Source: Octopus vulgaris (Eukaryota). Taken from it: 64,000 nucleotides of DNA. The stretch lies in the NCBI GenBank assembly GCA_951406725.2, contig OX597833.1:2542001-2606000 (forward strand), in the 5' to 3' direction. Positions 1 to 13,313 of this stretch are shown here, piece by piece (the first letter of the stretch is position 1; each line of letters opens with the position of its first letter). A program made the translations under genes and the position numbers. The notes beneath the pieces are model-generated. The model was not told the DNA's origin and ran no database searches. It was given only the letters and a program-made list of their open reading frames with translations.

Positions 1-200
1 TCAGTTACATATATATATGTGTGTATATATATATATATATATAAGCATATGTATATATATACATATGTACATATACATATATATATATATACGTATATAT
101 ATATACTTATATATATATATACATATATACATATATATATATATGTATATATACGTGTATATATATATATATATACATAGACGTATATATATAGACATAC

Positions 201-287
<87 letters not shown>

Positions 288-1035
288 TGTCTGTGTGCAT
301 GAGTATGATATAAGCTGAAGGCAGAGAAGTTTATATGGAAGTTTCTAGAAGCAAAATCATTACAGACGTAAACAGCCTGTAGTAATCTGATCAATTATTA
401 TCGTCTTTGTGATGCTCATGGCGGTGGTGGTGGTGGTGGTGGTGGTGGTGTTGGCGGCGACGGCGGCGACGGCGGCGACGGCGGCGACGGCGGCGGAGGC
501 GATGGTGGTGGCGGCGGTGTTGGTGGTGGTGGTAGTGGCTGTGATGGTAGTATTGGCGAATGTTTGGTAGTGGTGGTGGTGGTGGTGGTGGTCGTCGTCG
601 TCGTCGTGGTAATTGTGATGCTGTTGGTGGTAGCGGTTGCGGTGATAGTTGATGTGGTGATTGTCGAGGGTTGCAGCGGTAGTTGTGGAAGTAGTGTTGG
701 TGGGTGTTGTAGCGGTGGTGGTTGTGGCAGTGGTGTAGTTTTGTTGTGGTGGTGTGGTAGTGACTTTGGTTGTGGTGGTTGCAGTGATGGTCGTGGTCGT
801 GGTTGGAGTGATGGTTGTTTCGGTGGTGGTGCTAGTTGTGGTTGTTGTGGTGGTGGTTATGGTGGTGGCGGTGCCCGCGAGAAAATATTGATTATTGGTG
901 TAGCGGTTGTAGTACTTGCTCTTCCTGTTGCTTTAATTGCTTTTAATGTTGTCGTTGTTGCTGTTGGTGTTCCTGCGATGACTGCTTCTGCTGCTGCTGT
1001 AGTTGTTGTTGTTGTTGTTGTTGTTGTTGCTGTTG

Positions 1036-1071
<36 letters not shown>

Positions 1072-1091
1072 CCGCCGCTGCTGTTGCTGTT

Positions 1092-1460
1092 GCAGTTGAG
1101 CGAACGGTCTTCGTCCCAGAGCTCGCAAGATGGGAGAAGTCCGAACCGTGGTCCTTTGCTATTCGTAAGACCCGCAGAAGAGAGAAAGCAGGTCAACCCC
1201 CGACACCGAGAGCATCGACGGATGGATGAATGCGCATCCGGGATCAGCGGTTGCGTAGGAAGTCGGGGAGGACAAGAAACAGGAAGAAAGAGTGAGAGAA
1301 AGCTGGAGCGAAATAGTATTACAGGGGTCGCCACCACCCCCTGCCGGAGCCACGTGGAACTTTAGGTGTTTTCGCTCACACAACGCCCGGGCTGGGAATC
1401 GAAACCGCGATCCTCCGACCGCGAGTCCGCTGCCCTAACGACTGGGCCATTGCGCCTCCA
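1092..1460 (-). mobile_element. tRNA-derived SINE family A, tail type 2
   Basis: Head tggaggcgcaatggcccagt..tagggcagcggactcgcggtc..ggtttcgattccc (A and B boxes) shared with 6965-7348; different 3' half. Confidence 0.85.
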
Positions 1461-2233
1461 TTGCTGTTGGTGCCTCTGAGATGACTGCTGCTGCTGTTGT
1501 TGTTGTTGTTTTCGGGGGGGGGTCTTTCTCATTTTGTGCTTGTTGTTGTTATTACAGTTCCTTGATTGCTAATATTGTTACTGTTTTTTGTTCTCACTGC
1601 CACTGCTTTTGTTGTTGTTGTTGTTGTTGTTCTTGTTGTTGCCGTGGTTGTTTCTGCTATGATGGCGCGTGGCCTAGTGCTCACGGTGTTCAATTCCCGC
1701 TTACGCGTTCTGTCCTTGAGCAAGATACTTTATTTTCACATCCCTCCAGTCCGCTAAGTTGGCAAAAATGCCTTGTAGCCTGTAATTCAAAAGGTCCAAT
1801 CTTATCACACACTATGTCACACTAAATATCCCTGTAAACTACATTAAGGGCACCCGTGTCTGTGGAGTCCTCAACCACTTACACATTAAATTCACAAACA
1901 GGCTGTTCCATTGTTTGGATCAGCTGGAACGCTCGTCGTCGTAACCGACGGAGACCCAGTTGTGGCTGTTGTTTTCTTAGGCGTGTTTTCTTTTTGCATT
2001 CTAAGTTAAACTACGGCTTTGGCCTTCTTAAGTCTTATGTTTAAATCGAATCATTGGTTTCCCACCATAACATGGTATCTCGGGCACCTTTAGCCGAAAA
2101 CTCTGTTATAAGGATAGGGGCCAAGCTATCGGATGAGGAACATCCTTCTTCCAAAATTTCTTGGCATCCCTATAAAGAACCGGGCGTAATGCTTTTATTT
2201 ACCCTTCAGTAAACGATGAAAAAAACTCTAGAG

Positions 2234-2295
<62 letters not shown>

Positions 2296-2356
2296 CATTA
2301 TTATCATTATTATTATTATTATTATTATCATTATTATCATTATTATTATTATTATT

Positions 2357-2911
2357 GAGTGAGAGAGCAGTTCATGCCATCAAAGTGACACTGGGTAAAA
2401 TATACGAAGCCCAATATACCCATCATGACTACCCGTCTGATAAGGGTACACCAGGCACATGCATCACAACCATATGTGCGCGACATGGTGATCTCATATC
2501 AAGATAAACAGCACATGACCTTGCATGTGGGGCCCAGTTAGAATTTTCTTCAGGTTGAGTAGCCCATCCCGCTCGAAAGGTCCCTGAATAAGGGTTGTTT
2601 AAGGATGTTGAAATAACCACCCATGTTTCCAAAGGTGAATTATCCAAAGCCCAAAAGAATCCCTCTCAACACATGGCTATGATGCTCCCCCACTACTTCT
2701 GCTTGTGATCAGAGATGCACATATCATCAGCCACTAAGGGACATGCTCAACTGGTTAAGGTCAAACAACTGACAAGCAAATCTGTGGTATTAAGCAGAAT
2801 ATTTGCTGTAGCCCATCTTTTATACCAAGACAAAACAATGTACATGATAACACTTCCAATCAGTTAAGATCAGAAGCCATGAGAGCCACTGCCTGGTACT
2901 GCATCAGGGCA
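2357..2911 (-). repeat. About 555-bp non-coding interspersed repeat embedded in (TAA)n next to the Dong fragment
   Basis: A diverged second copy lies in the opposite orientation at about 48550-48970; strand is arbitrary. Confidence 0.75.
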
Positions 2912-2935
2912 TTTATTATTATTATTATTATTATT

Positions 2936-3770
2936 CAGTAGTTTTATTTTTATAGCGTGCTTTCATTTCACTACCGAGCGCAGCTCTGTGTGCCTTGGGT
3001 ATGTGCTGTGATTTGTTGTGATGCTCTGATGGTTATTGTATGGAAAGTGTTCTGCGTAGGATGTGTGCAGTGCCTAGTAGTGCAATTTTCTGTATGTTAT
3101 ATGTGTTTGTAAGTCCTGGTGTTTTTGTTATGTATTTGTCTGAATATTTTTTTATCATGCCTGATGCACCTACTATGATAGGAATTGTTTCTGTTTTCAG
3201 ATTCCACATTCTAGTTACCTCTATTTCCAGGTCTTTGTATTTTGAGAGTTTCTCCATTTCTTTTAGAGACTAGTTGTCATCTGCCGGTATTGATACATCA
3301 ATTAGAAAGCATTTTTTTCTTCATGATCTCTGACAACTATATCTGGCCTGTTGGCCTTAATTTCTCTATCTGTGTGTTTCGGCATATCCCAGAGTATGGT
3401 TGCTTTCTCGTTTTCTGTGACCTTTTCTGGTGTGTGCCTATACCATCTTTTTTCTGTTGTTATTCCATAATGTTGGCATAGCTTCCAATGTATGTAGGTT
3501 CCAACTCTGTCATGTCTGTGAATATATTCCTTCTTAGCCAGGACTGGGCAGCTAGAGATAATATGATTTATTGTTTCTTGTCCATCTCCATATATTCTGC
3601 AGTTACTTGTAATATTTCTTTTCATTACATGTTTTTGGTAATTTCTGGTGGGGAGGCTTTGGTCTTGTGCTGCAATTAAAAATCCCTCTGTTTCTGCTTT
3701 GAGTCCTGAGCTTCTCAACCATTGCTGGGATTTTTCTTTGTCTATTTCTTTTGCGTTTAGTTTAGTGCAG

Positions 3771-3773
<3 letters not shown>
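2936..3773 (-). mobile_element. 5'-truncated R4/Dong-clade non-LTR retrotransposon (zinc knuckle + restriction-like endonuclease, 3' UTR), inactivated
   Basis: ORF pieces ETEGFLIAAQDQSLPTRNY, CRIY..ETINHIISSCP..Y..RHD, RPDIV, KLSKYKDL; frameshift near 3305 and in-frame stop near 3270; flanked on both sides by (TAA)n, the known Dong target. Confidence 0.88.
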
Positions 3774-3852
<79 letters not shown>

Positions 3853-3857
3853 CATCA

Positions 3858-3888
<31 letters not shown>

Positions 3889-4102
3889 TAGTATTATTAT
3901 TATTATTTTTCCTTCTTTCTTCAAATTTTCTTTCGTTTCTCGCCGAGTGTTTTCCGTACACTTAGGGCAGAGAAACTCATTGTATGCATCATTATTATTA
4001 TTATTATTGTTATTATTAATATTATTATTATCATTATTATTATTATTATTATTATTATTGCTATTACTATTATTATTGTTGTTGTTGTTGTTGTTATTAT
4101 TA

Positions 4103-4133
<31 letters not shown>

Positions 4134-4178
4134 TTTATTTACTTAATATATTTCTGTATCTCTGTTGTTGTGCTGTAG

Positions 4179-4317
4179 GACGGTCTGAAGAAGAGGATGG
4201 AACTGCTAAAGCGGAGTGTGATACAGGCCACAGAAGCTGTCAATGAAGAACGGCAGAAAAACGTTGATCTTCTGCAGATGATATTTCCTTCGACAGTGGC
4301 TCAGAAGTTGTGGAGAG
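4179..4317 (+). CDS. GUCY1A-like: Soluble guanylate cyclase alpha-type subunit, internal exon (coiled-coil/signalling helix region)
   Basis: ctgtag|GAC acceptor and GAG|gtaagt donor; 139 nt translating DGLKKRMELLKRSVIQATEAVNEERQKNVDLLQMIFPSTVAQKLWR+G, matching the sGC-alpha helix ending in LL.IFP..A..LW.G; ends in phase 1, compatible with the next exon. Frame not shown in the ORF track. Confidence 0.93.
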
Positions 4318-4550
4318 GTAAGTGGAGGACTGTGGGAATGGTGGGAGTAGGAGAATGAGAAAGAGGGGTGAGATGATGGGTGTGGTAGGAGTTGGAGTAT
4401 ACGAGGGAGAGGAGATAACGAGTGTAGTGGGAACGAGAGGAACGAAATAGTTCTGTGAGTGAGTGCCTGAGTGAGTGAGTGAGTGAGTCAGTCAGTCAGT
4501 CAGCGACTAAATGTTTGAGTGAGTTAATGGGTGAATGGATACTTGCGAGA

Positions 4551-4603
<53 letters not shown>

Positions 4604-4635
4604 TATATACATATATATACATACATATATATACA

Positions 4636-4674
<39 letters not shown>

Positions 4675-4715
4675 ATGTATGTATGTATGTATGTATATAT
4701 ATGTATGTATGTATG

Positions 4716-4771
<56 letters not shown>

Positions 4772-5087
4772 CGTTTAAATATTTGTTGTGCAAGATTTTT
4801 TATGTGAAGTCGTGTGTTGAAACAGATATTGTTATATTTCGGAATGGTCATATTGCCAGTTTAGCCAATAAATACAAAATGGCTGACGGTTAGTAAGGAG
4901 AGACACAAGTAAGTGAGAAGAAAACAAAGGACCACTGATGCGGTCACAGGAGTTTGACGAAAGAACTTTGGCCGAAATAAGATTAAGATTAATGTAAAAA
5001 ATAAATATCACTGAAGCAAAATAACACCAAATATATAGTGCGTGTGTTTTTATTGGCTAAACTGGCAATATGACCATTCCGAAATAT

Positions 5088-5090
<3 letters not shown>
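4772..5090. mobile_element. Centrally deleted copy of the 45941-46762 foldback element, inside (TA)n
   Basis: 4772-4872 matches the left end and 4873-5090 the right end of the longer copy almost exactly. Confidence 0.9.
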
Positions 5091-5135
<45 letters not shown>

Positions 5136-5224
5136 TAAGGAAAAATTTTTTTAAAATGCAGAATGCTCAAATGAAAGAAAATTTTAATAAAATGAGAAAT
5201 TGATAAAATATATAAATATATATT

Positions 5225-5265
5225 TATTCAACCGGTTTTCGTCATTGTATGACTTGTCAAGAATA
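5225..5265 (-). ncRNA. Minimal hammerhead with C3U/G8A compensated core
   Basis: UAUUC-UUGACAA-GUCA(UACAA)UGAC-GAAA-ACCGG-UU-GAAUA. Confidence 0.72.
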
Positions 5266-5502
5266 TTTATGTTTTAAAAAGTTTTTTTTAAAAATTAGAA
5301 AGGGGAAAAAAGAAAATTGCATTGTTTTTTGTAAAAGAATAATGATAAAAATGTACAAAAATTAAAAAATAAGTACTCCGATACATTGTGAGTTCGTTGT
5401 GTATCTTGAGTTTTATGGTTGTTTACGAAAAAATTATCTTGAGGTATTAAGATCCAAAGGGATTAAGAGCATGTGTTGTGTGGTTTAATTCAGCATGTTG
5501 GC

Positions 5503-5580
<78 letters not shown>

Positions 5581-5777
5581 GTCCTGGTAGGGTATACATG
5601 TAAGGTGTTTTCCCGGAAATACTCAATCCGAATTCCGGGCTATCAACACTGTCGAATTCCATACAAACACCGAAATTCTTCTGGTGTTGAAGACTCTGAT
5701 TTCAAATAATTGTGTGAGTAGCACTTAATAAATTTGTTTGGAGTTACAAGTGTTTCATAACAGTTTGAATCAGCGTC

Positions 5778-5829
5778 ACATGACTCACCGTTTCGTTAGC
5801 GCAGGGGACATGTTCATTTCGTCAGATGT
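5778..5829 (-). ncRNA. Hammerhead motif with decayed stem II
   Basis: ACAU-CUGACGA-(24 nt)-GAAAC-GGUGA-GUC-AUGU. Confidence 0.6.
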
Positions 5830-5897
5830 TCAAAGGGGATTCTACGTCCGACGCATTAAACCAAATTTGTGTATGTATATCTATATTGTTGTCAGCC

Positions 5898-5969
5898 GGC
5901 AGTGTAGCTTAATTGGTCGAGTACTCAGTTGCTATCTAGAAGGTACGCGCTCGAGTCCCCTGGCTGTCC
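5898..5969 (+). pseudogene. Degenerate tRNA-like module
   Basis: GGCAGUGUAGCUUAAUUGGUCGAGUAC...CUCGAGUCCCCUGGCUGUCC; resembles the 29398/34560 module. Confidence 0.5.
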
Positions 5970-6065
5970 GCTGACTTTTTCTGTCATATAAGAGCAAAGT
6001 ACCCAATCTTTTTGTTGTTTTCACGGCTATAGTGCGTTCGAAATACTACTTCCTCGTCTGTATAT

Positions 6066-6355
6066 ATACCATCAGACCATCAGATGTTGTTACACATCGC
6101 TGGTCACAATGCGTTCGCATTGTTTTAGCCTTCGAATGACGCCACCCCGCTGGCTAAGTGAGCAGGCCAACAGAAGAAAGGGTGGGAGAAAGTGTGGTGA
6201 AAGAGTACAGCAGGGATCACCACCCCCTGCCGGAGCGTCGTGGAGCTTTAGGTGTTTTCGCTCAATAAACACTCACAACGCTCGGTCTAGGAATCGAATG
6301 CGCGATCCTACGACCGCGAGTCCGCTGCCCTAACCACTGGGCCATTGCACCTCCA
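6066..6355 (-). mobile_element. SINE family A, tail type 3
   Basis: Same head and body as 6965-7348 with a different 3' region. Confidence 0.82.
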
Positions 6356-6362
6356 CATATAT

Positions 6363-6480
<118 letters not shown>

Positions 6481-6704
6481 TATCAGCCTGCCTATTTGTC
6501 GATGTATACAACGATGAACTAAGAGAAGTGACCCTAAGTGGCCGGTGGCTTTCTATTTTAACAAGACCTATCCTTTTATAAATCTATCCCTCCTTAGCTA
6601 ACTATCTACGTCCTTATACACCCATACCCCTTGTCATCTTCCTGGCTCGTCACCATCCATCCATCCTCCCACTCACCTCCCCATTTTCTGTTATCGTCCA
6701 ACAG

Positions 6705-6871
6705 GCGAGACCGTGGAACCAACCAAAGTGAACGACGTTACGATGTTATTCAGCGACATTGTAGGATTTACGGCCATCTGTTCCTCGTGCAAGCCCATGA
6801 CAGTCGTTAATATGTTGAACGCCCTCTACACCCACTTCGATAACTTCTGTGGAATGCTCGATGTCTACAAG
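6705..6871 (+). CDS. GUCY1A-like: Soluble guanylate cyclase alpha-type subunit, exon starting the cyclase catalytic domain
   Basis: acag|GC acceptor and AAG|gtaagt donor; 167 nt; (G)[55 protein letters not shown] contains the class III cyclase [12 protein letters not shown] motif. Confidence 0.96.
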
Positions 6872-6964
6872 GTAAGTCTACAACGAAGTCCTTCTTCACC
6901 TTCTTTCATTTTCTTTCTTTTTATTTTCTTCGCGAAGCGGTAATGAGGTTAGTTGATTCGTTTG

Positions 6965-7348
6965 TGGAGGCGCAATGGCCCAGTGGTTAGGGCAGCGGAC
7001 TCGCGGTCGTGGGATCGCGGTTTCGATTCCCAGACCGGGCGTTGTGAGTGTTTATTGAGTGAAAACACCTAAAGCTCCACGAGGCTCTAGCAGGGGATGG
7101 TGGTGATCCCTGCTGTACTCTTTCACCACAACTTTCTCTCACTCTTACTCCTGTTTCTGTTGTACCTGTATTTCAAAGGGCCGGCCTTGTCACTCTCTGT
7201 GTCACGCTGAATATCCCCGAGAACTACGTTAAAGGTACACGTGTCTGTGGAGTGCTCAGCCACTTACACGTTAATTTCACGAGCAGGCTGTTCCGTTGAT
7301 TCGGATCAACCGGAACCCTCGTCGTCGTAACCGACGGAGTGCTTCCAC
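6965..7348 (+). mobile_element. SINE family A (tRNA-Arg-like head), main tail type
   Basis: Pol III A/B boxes; near-identical to 42039-42425, 52232-52616 and 61191-61522; older relatives near 1663-1955, 22962-23183 and 37010-37275. Confidence 0.9.
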
Positions 7349-8083
7349 AGTTGATTCGAGCAGGATTTGAACCCAGAACGTATAGAACCAGAATAAATAA
7401 TATAAATCACTTTGCCAGACGTTCTTACGATTCCGCCAATATTTGCAGTGGCGTATACGGTGTATTGAACCAAGTTTCATTAACAACCAAATACCAACAT
7501 TTATATTAATAATTTCCGTTGCGCCTAGAAATTTATTTTTTTTTACGCTGGCTCGGATCAAGAAAAACTGTAAATTCTATTGCTATTCCAATAATAGTTT
7601 AGCTTCATTTATTTTTTTATCATTTAATTTTACTTCACTTTGAGTCGCGGATCATTAATTCCTTTTCAGTCTGCCGTAATTTTCCAATAGGAAATTTATG
7701 TTTGAATCATACATCATTAATTTCTCTGTTTGCCTTTCTGAGGTTTTTTTTTTTTCTTTCTGTGTGTATGTTTGTGCTTGTGTTTTTCTAGTGTTATCCG
7801 TTTTATAGTTATCGTGGAATCAATGCTTCGTTAATAATGGTCAGTAAGAAACCCTTTCACCAGATCTGTTAAAACTCAGTTCATTTCTGCTGGAGTTAAG
7901 TTTTGTTTTCTTTCTTTTTCGCTTTCTTTTATTTCTCCTTCTTTATCTCCCTTCTTTCTTCATTTCTTTTTTTTATTCTTTTTCTAACTGATATCCTTTT
8001 CGCTACATTTTAATGTTTTTAATCTTCATCATAGTCGTTTCCATCTTCCCTCACTTCCTCCTCCTCCCCCTCCTCCCCCTCCC

Positions 8084-8134
<51 letters not shown>

Positions 8135-8602
8135 TGTCTTCGACATTCGCTATCGTGATTCTCATTACCATTATGTGTACTACCACAACTACTACTACGA
8201 CCACGACGATGTCGATGACTACTACTACAACTACTGCTACTACTACTACAACTACTGCTGCTACTACTGCGACTACTACAACCACAACAGCTACTATAAC
8301 TACGATGATTGTAGTGAAGGCGATAAATTCACTGTTGCGTCAAACAAAATGCATTGATGTATTTTGTTATGACTTTTGCATTTTCTAAGTTCGAATCCTA
8401 TTGCAGTCAACTTAACCTTTTTTTTGTTTTCTTTCGGTGGGGTTAAAATAAACTACCAGTCAAGTATTGATGTTCATGGTAAAGAGTAGCGTCTGCCGAC
8501 CTTTGCACAACGGTTCCCAACAATGAGCCCCAACCCTTTTATTTAAATGAGTTTTCTCATGGACTCCTTTTAATACGGTTATCCTTATGTGTGTGTATAT
8601 AC

Positions 8603-9351
<749 letters not shown>

Positions 9352-9478
9352 CTATATATATATGAAATTTTGAATTTTGTTCATGAACACCTAGTAGTCC
9401 CTTTGCGGACCCTAGATTGAGAACCATTGTTATAGTGTAATCCATTGGCGCCATGTTATAGACTGGATTAGACTGGAT

Positions 9479-10125
9479 GGCGAGCTGGTAGAAATGTTAG
9501 CATGCCGGGCGAAATGCTTTGTGGTACTTCGTCTGTCTTTATGTTCTGAGTTCAAATTCCGCCGAGGACGACTTTGCCTTTCATCCTTTCGGGGTCGATA
9601 AATCAAGTACCAGTTCCGCACTGGGGTAGATGTAATCGACTTAATCCCTTTGTCTGTCCTTGTTTGTCCCCTCTATGCTTAGCCTCTTATGGGCAATAAA
9701 GAAATAAGAAATGTTTGCACGCCGGGTGAAATGCTTAGCGGTATTTCATCTGTCTTTACGTTTAGAATTCAAATTCCGCCGAGGTCGACTTTGCCTTTCA
9801 TCTTTTTGGGATTGATAAATTAAGTACCTGTTGCGTACCGGGGTCGATCTAATCGATTGAACACCCACCCCAAAAATGTCGGGCCTTGTGCCAAGAGTAG
9901 AAAAGAAAAAAATATTTTCGTTGGTTTAACGGCAGCAAACTGGCAGAGTTTTTCCCGCGTCGGAAAAAATGTTTAACGTCAATTCTTCCAACTTTATGTT
10001 CAGAGTTCAAATTCCGTCGGTGTCGACTTTGCAGTTCAACCCCTCGGCATCGATAAAATAAGTACCAGTTGAACACTGGGGTCTATGTAACCACCTTAAT
10101 TGCTGGCCTGGTGCCAAATTTTGAA
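9479..10125 (+). mobile_element. Three tandem copies of SINE family C
   Basis: ggcgagctgg..gagttcaaattccgccgagg.cgactttgcctttcatcctttcggggtcgataaa..aagtaccag; the central block resembles, from memory, the Meta/MESC SINE domain. Confidence 0.82.
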
Positions 10126-10140
10126 ACAAATATTTTCGAT

Positions 10141-10305
10141 GGCGCAGGAGTGACTGTGTGGTAAGTAGCTTGCTAACCAACCACATGGTTCCAGGTTCAG
10201 TCCCACTGCGTGGCATCTTGGGCAGGTGTCATCTACTATAGCCATGGGCCGACCAATGCCTTGTGAGTGGATTTGGTAGACGGAAACAAAAAGAAGCCTG
10301 TCGTA

Positions 10306-10365
<60 letters not shown>

Positions 10366-10610
10366 CGTGTGTTTGTGTGTCTGTGTTTGTCCCCCTAGCA
10401 TTGCTTGACAACCGATGCTGGTGTGTTTACGTGCCCATCACTTAGCGGTTCGGCAAAAGAGACCGATAGAATAAGTACTGGGCTTACAAAGAATAAGTCC
10501 TGGGGTCGATTTGCTCGACTAAAGGCGGTGCTCCAGCATGGCCGCAGTCAAATGACTGAAATAAGTAAAAAGAGTAAGAGTAACAAGTAAAAGAGTAAAG
10601 AGTAAAAGAG
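10141..10610 (+). mobile_element. SINE family B copy
   Basis: Full length with internal microsatellite and gtaa(a)aga tail. Confidence 0.9.
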
Positions 10611-11439
10611 AGAGATGGTTTAACGCTTATTTTTGTGTGAGTGTGAATAGACATATTTATGTATCAATAACTCCCGTGTCGCTGAAAAGAAAAACATGTC
10701 ACACGTGCCGCCGCACACACATTCTATTCACGTCACACATTGTTATTTACCAGACAGCAGTATCTTATTTTCTTGATGGTTATTTTATTCAATCCGAAAA
10801 TAACAAAATACAAACTCGACCGTGGGGAATTTTGAACGCAGGACGTGATTTTAACAGCAGTGGTTGTTATACTCCATTATTAATCAGTGTCGCTTTGTTC
10901 AAAAGCGTGGCCGGATTTCCTCTTCGTCAAAACAATTTCATTTTATCTTTCTATTTTCTTTTGTATGCTGTTTTTGCTAAGTCACCTTCAGTTTGATTTT
11001 AGGCTGTCTTGAGTTTACGTGAAAGTTGATTCACTTGTGCTTATTAAATTTTTGTACGAAATAATCCCTTAGTTTACTACTATACACAGTGAAGATGTCA
11101 GTCGCCGGACATTGGCTGGAACTTTTTCAATGAATTCGGATCTTCTTTCAATGAAATTAGTTCCGAAAATACGTTGACGTCTGTATGAAAAGCTCTTAGC
11201 TTCAACAGCACAACAATGGTCGGCTGCCAAATGAAAGACGCAATAACTCTCAGTTGATTGGTCAGGAGTGGAAAGCAAATACTTGCTCCTCTTTTTATAA
11301 TGTTATCTTACATTGACTTGCTATGAGTTCTTGTTTGTTCTTGCATTTATTCAACTCATCCATCTTTATTTCTTCTTCTTCTTCTTCTTCTTCTTCTTCT
11401 TCTTCTTCTTCTTCTTCTTCTTCTTCTTCTTCTTCTTCT

Positions 11440-11471
<32 letters not shown>

Positions 11472-11801
11472 TCAGACATTTTACATCTTGCTATCGATCT
11501 TCGGGTCTTCTATTGTTTCTTCATTTCTAGCCTTTTGTTCTCTATGAAGCTATCTGTCTATATTTGTCACTATACACACATGTGTGTATGTGTGTATAGG
11601 AACATATATATATATATAAAACATTATACACATGTACACACTTGCATATATATATATATATATATATTACATACGCACACATAGATGTATATAGAATATA
11701 CATACATATATTGTATATATTATATACGTTATACACATATACACACCAACACATTATATATGAATATATATATTTATACATATATATTATGCACATATCG
11801 T

Positions 11802-11851
<50 letters not shown>

Positions 11852-12981
11852 TATATATGCTTATATAATATACATATATATGCTTATATATATGTATATG
11901 CTTATATAATATACATATATCCAAATGTATACATATATATGTGTATATATGTGTGTATGTATGTATGTATGTATGTATGTATGTGTATATGTGTGTAGGG
12001 TGTGAATATGTATATATCAAGTACCCTTTCTCTCCTTCGTTCCATTTCCTTTATTTCCTCTACACATCTTTATTTCCCCCCCTCATCTCTCTCTCTCTCA
12101 CGTCTTTTGATTGTTCACCATTTTTTCTTTCCTTTTCTTCCAATTTTGCCCCCCCTCCTTTTGTCTCTTTTACTTTCACTCTTTTTTTTTATTATTCACA
12201 ACACATCTTTTAATCATTTCATTCTGTCTGTCTGTCTCTCCTTTTTTTCTTCTCTTCTTTTTCCTATTTCTCAAGTGTTACATGTTGCTTTTGTCGGGTA
12301 CTTCTTGTATTGTCGACGCGAAAATTACTTCGCTACTTGGGCAGACATGTTGCTTGAGACGAAAACAAATGCTACGTTAAATGGACACAGAATTGAGAAA
12401 ATTGATGGGCATGTCGCTATAAAAGCAAGAATAAAAGATGCCATCTTGGAAATACGTTATTCAAAGAAAAGAATGTTACTTTAGAGAGCTAGATCAATAT
12501 TCAGAAGAGATAAATAACGATACGGTGATATACGCTTCATGTGTGTAGTGACGTTAGTACTTTGAGGCGTGTGTAAATGCGTAGGCGTCTATCTACGCCG
12601 TCTCTATGTGTACGCGTCTGTGCATTCATGTACTTGTGGAGATGTGTGTATACGTGCATGTGTGTGTGTGGCAGTGTGTGTGTGTGGCAGTGTATGTGTG
12701 TACGAATCAGTGTTGCTTGTGTGAATGCTTGAGTGTGAATATTGGTGTATCTGTGTGCATATATCCGTATATCTCTGTATTACTTCCGTGTTCCCATTTT
12801 CTACACACACACGCTCACACATTAACACACACTCACACGTTAATACACACTCACACATTAGTACGCCCGTGCACACACACATATACATACACACACATGC
12901 GCATATGTGAGAAGAGGGTGTTTGCGTGTGGTTGAACATATTATATAGGCGTCTGTGTATTTACGTGTATCTCTGTATTGC

Positions 12982-13032
<51 letters not shown>

Positions 13033-13034
<2 letters not shown>

Positions 13035-13261
13035 TACTACATATTTGTGAAAAGGTCGAACGTTGCCTCACGAACAGGCAAAAGTGTTAGTAAATGTGGC
13101 CGGATTGACCTGAAAGTTTTCACAACTATGTTAAAAGTGCTGGGGAGTTCGCATGGCAACTTTGAGTTTGCTCAATTGAAAGGCGTGGCCTCTACGGCAA
13201 AATTCCTCATCTTTAAAATGTGGCCTGAGAAGACCCGAATAAAATCGGGTTATAATACTAG
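13033..13261 (+). mobile_element. Short non-autonomous Helitron (about 230 bp)
   Basis: 5' TCTACTACATAT; subterminal hairpin ACCCGA-ataaaa-TCGGGT (13233-13250); 3' CTAG followed by T. The preceding base is G rather than the canonical A. Partial inverted copy at 14694-14863. Confidence 0.7.
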
Positions 13262-13263
13262 TG

Positions 13264-13313
<50 letters not shown>

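Noticed and set aside
2510-2740. HDV-like or hammerhead fold in the 555-bp repeat
   Set aside because: No P1 partner or L3 consensus; stem II does not close.
6713-6943. 76-aa ORF as a stand-alone gene
   Set aside because: It is an internal exon (6705-6871) read through into the intron.
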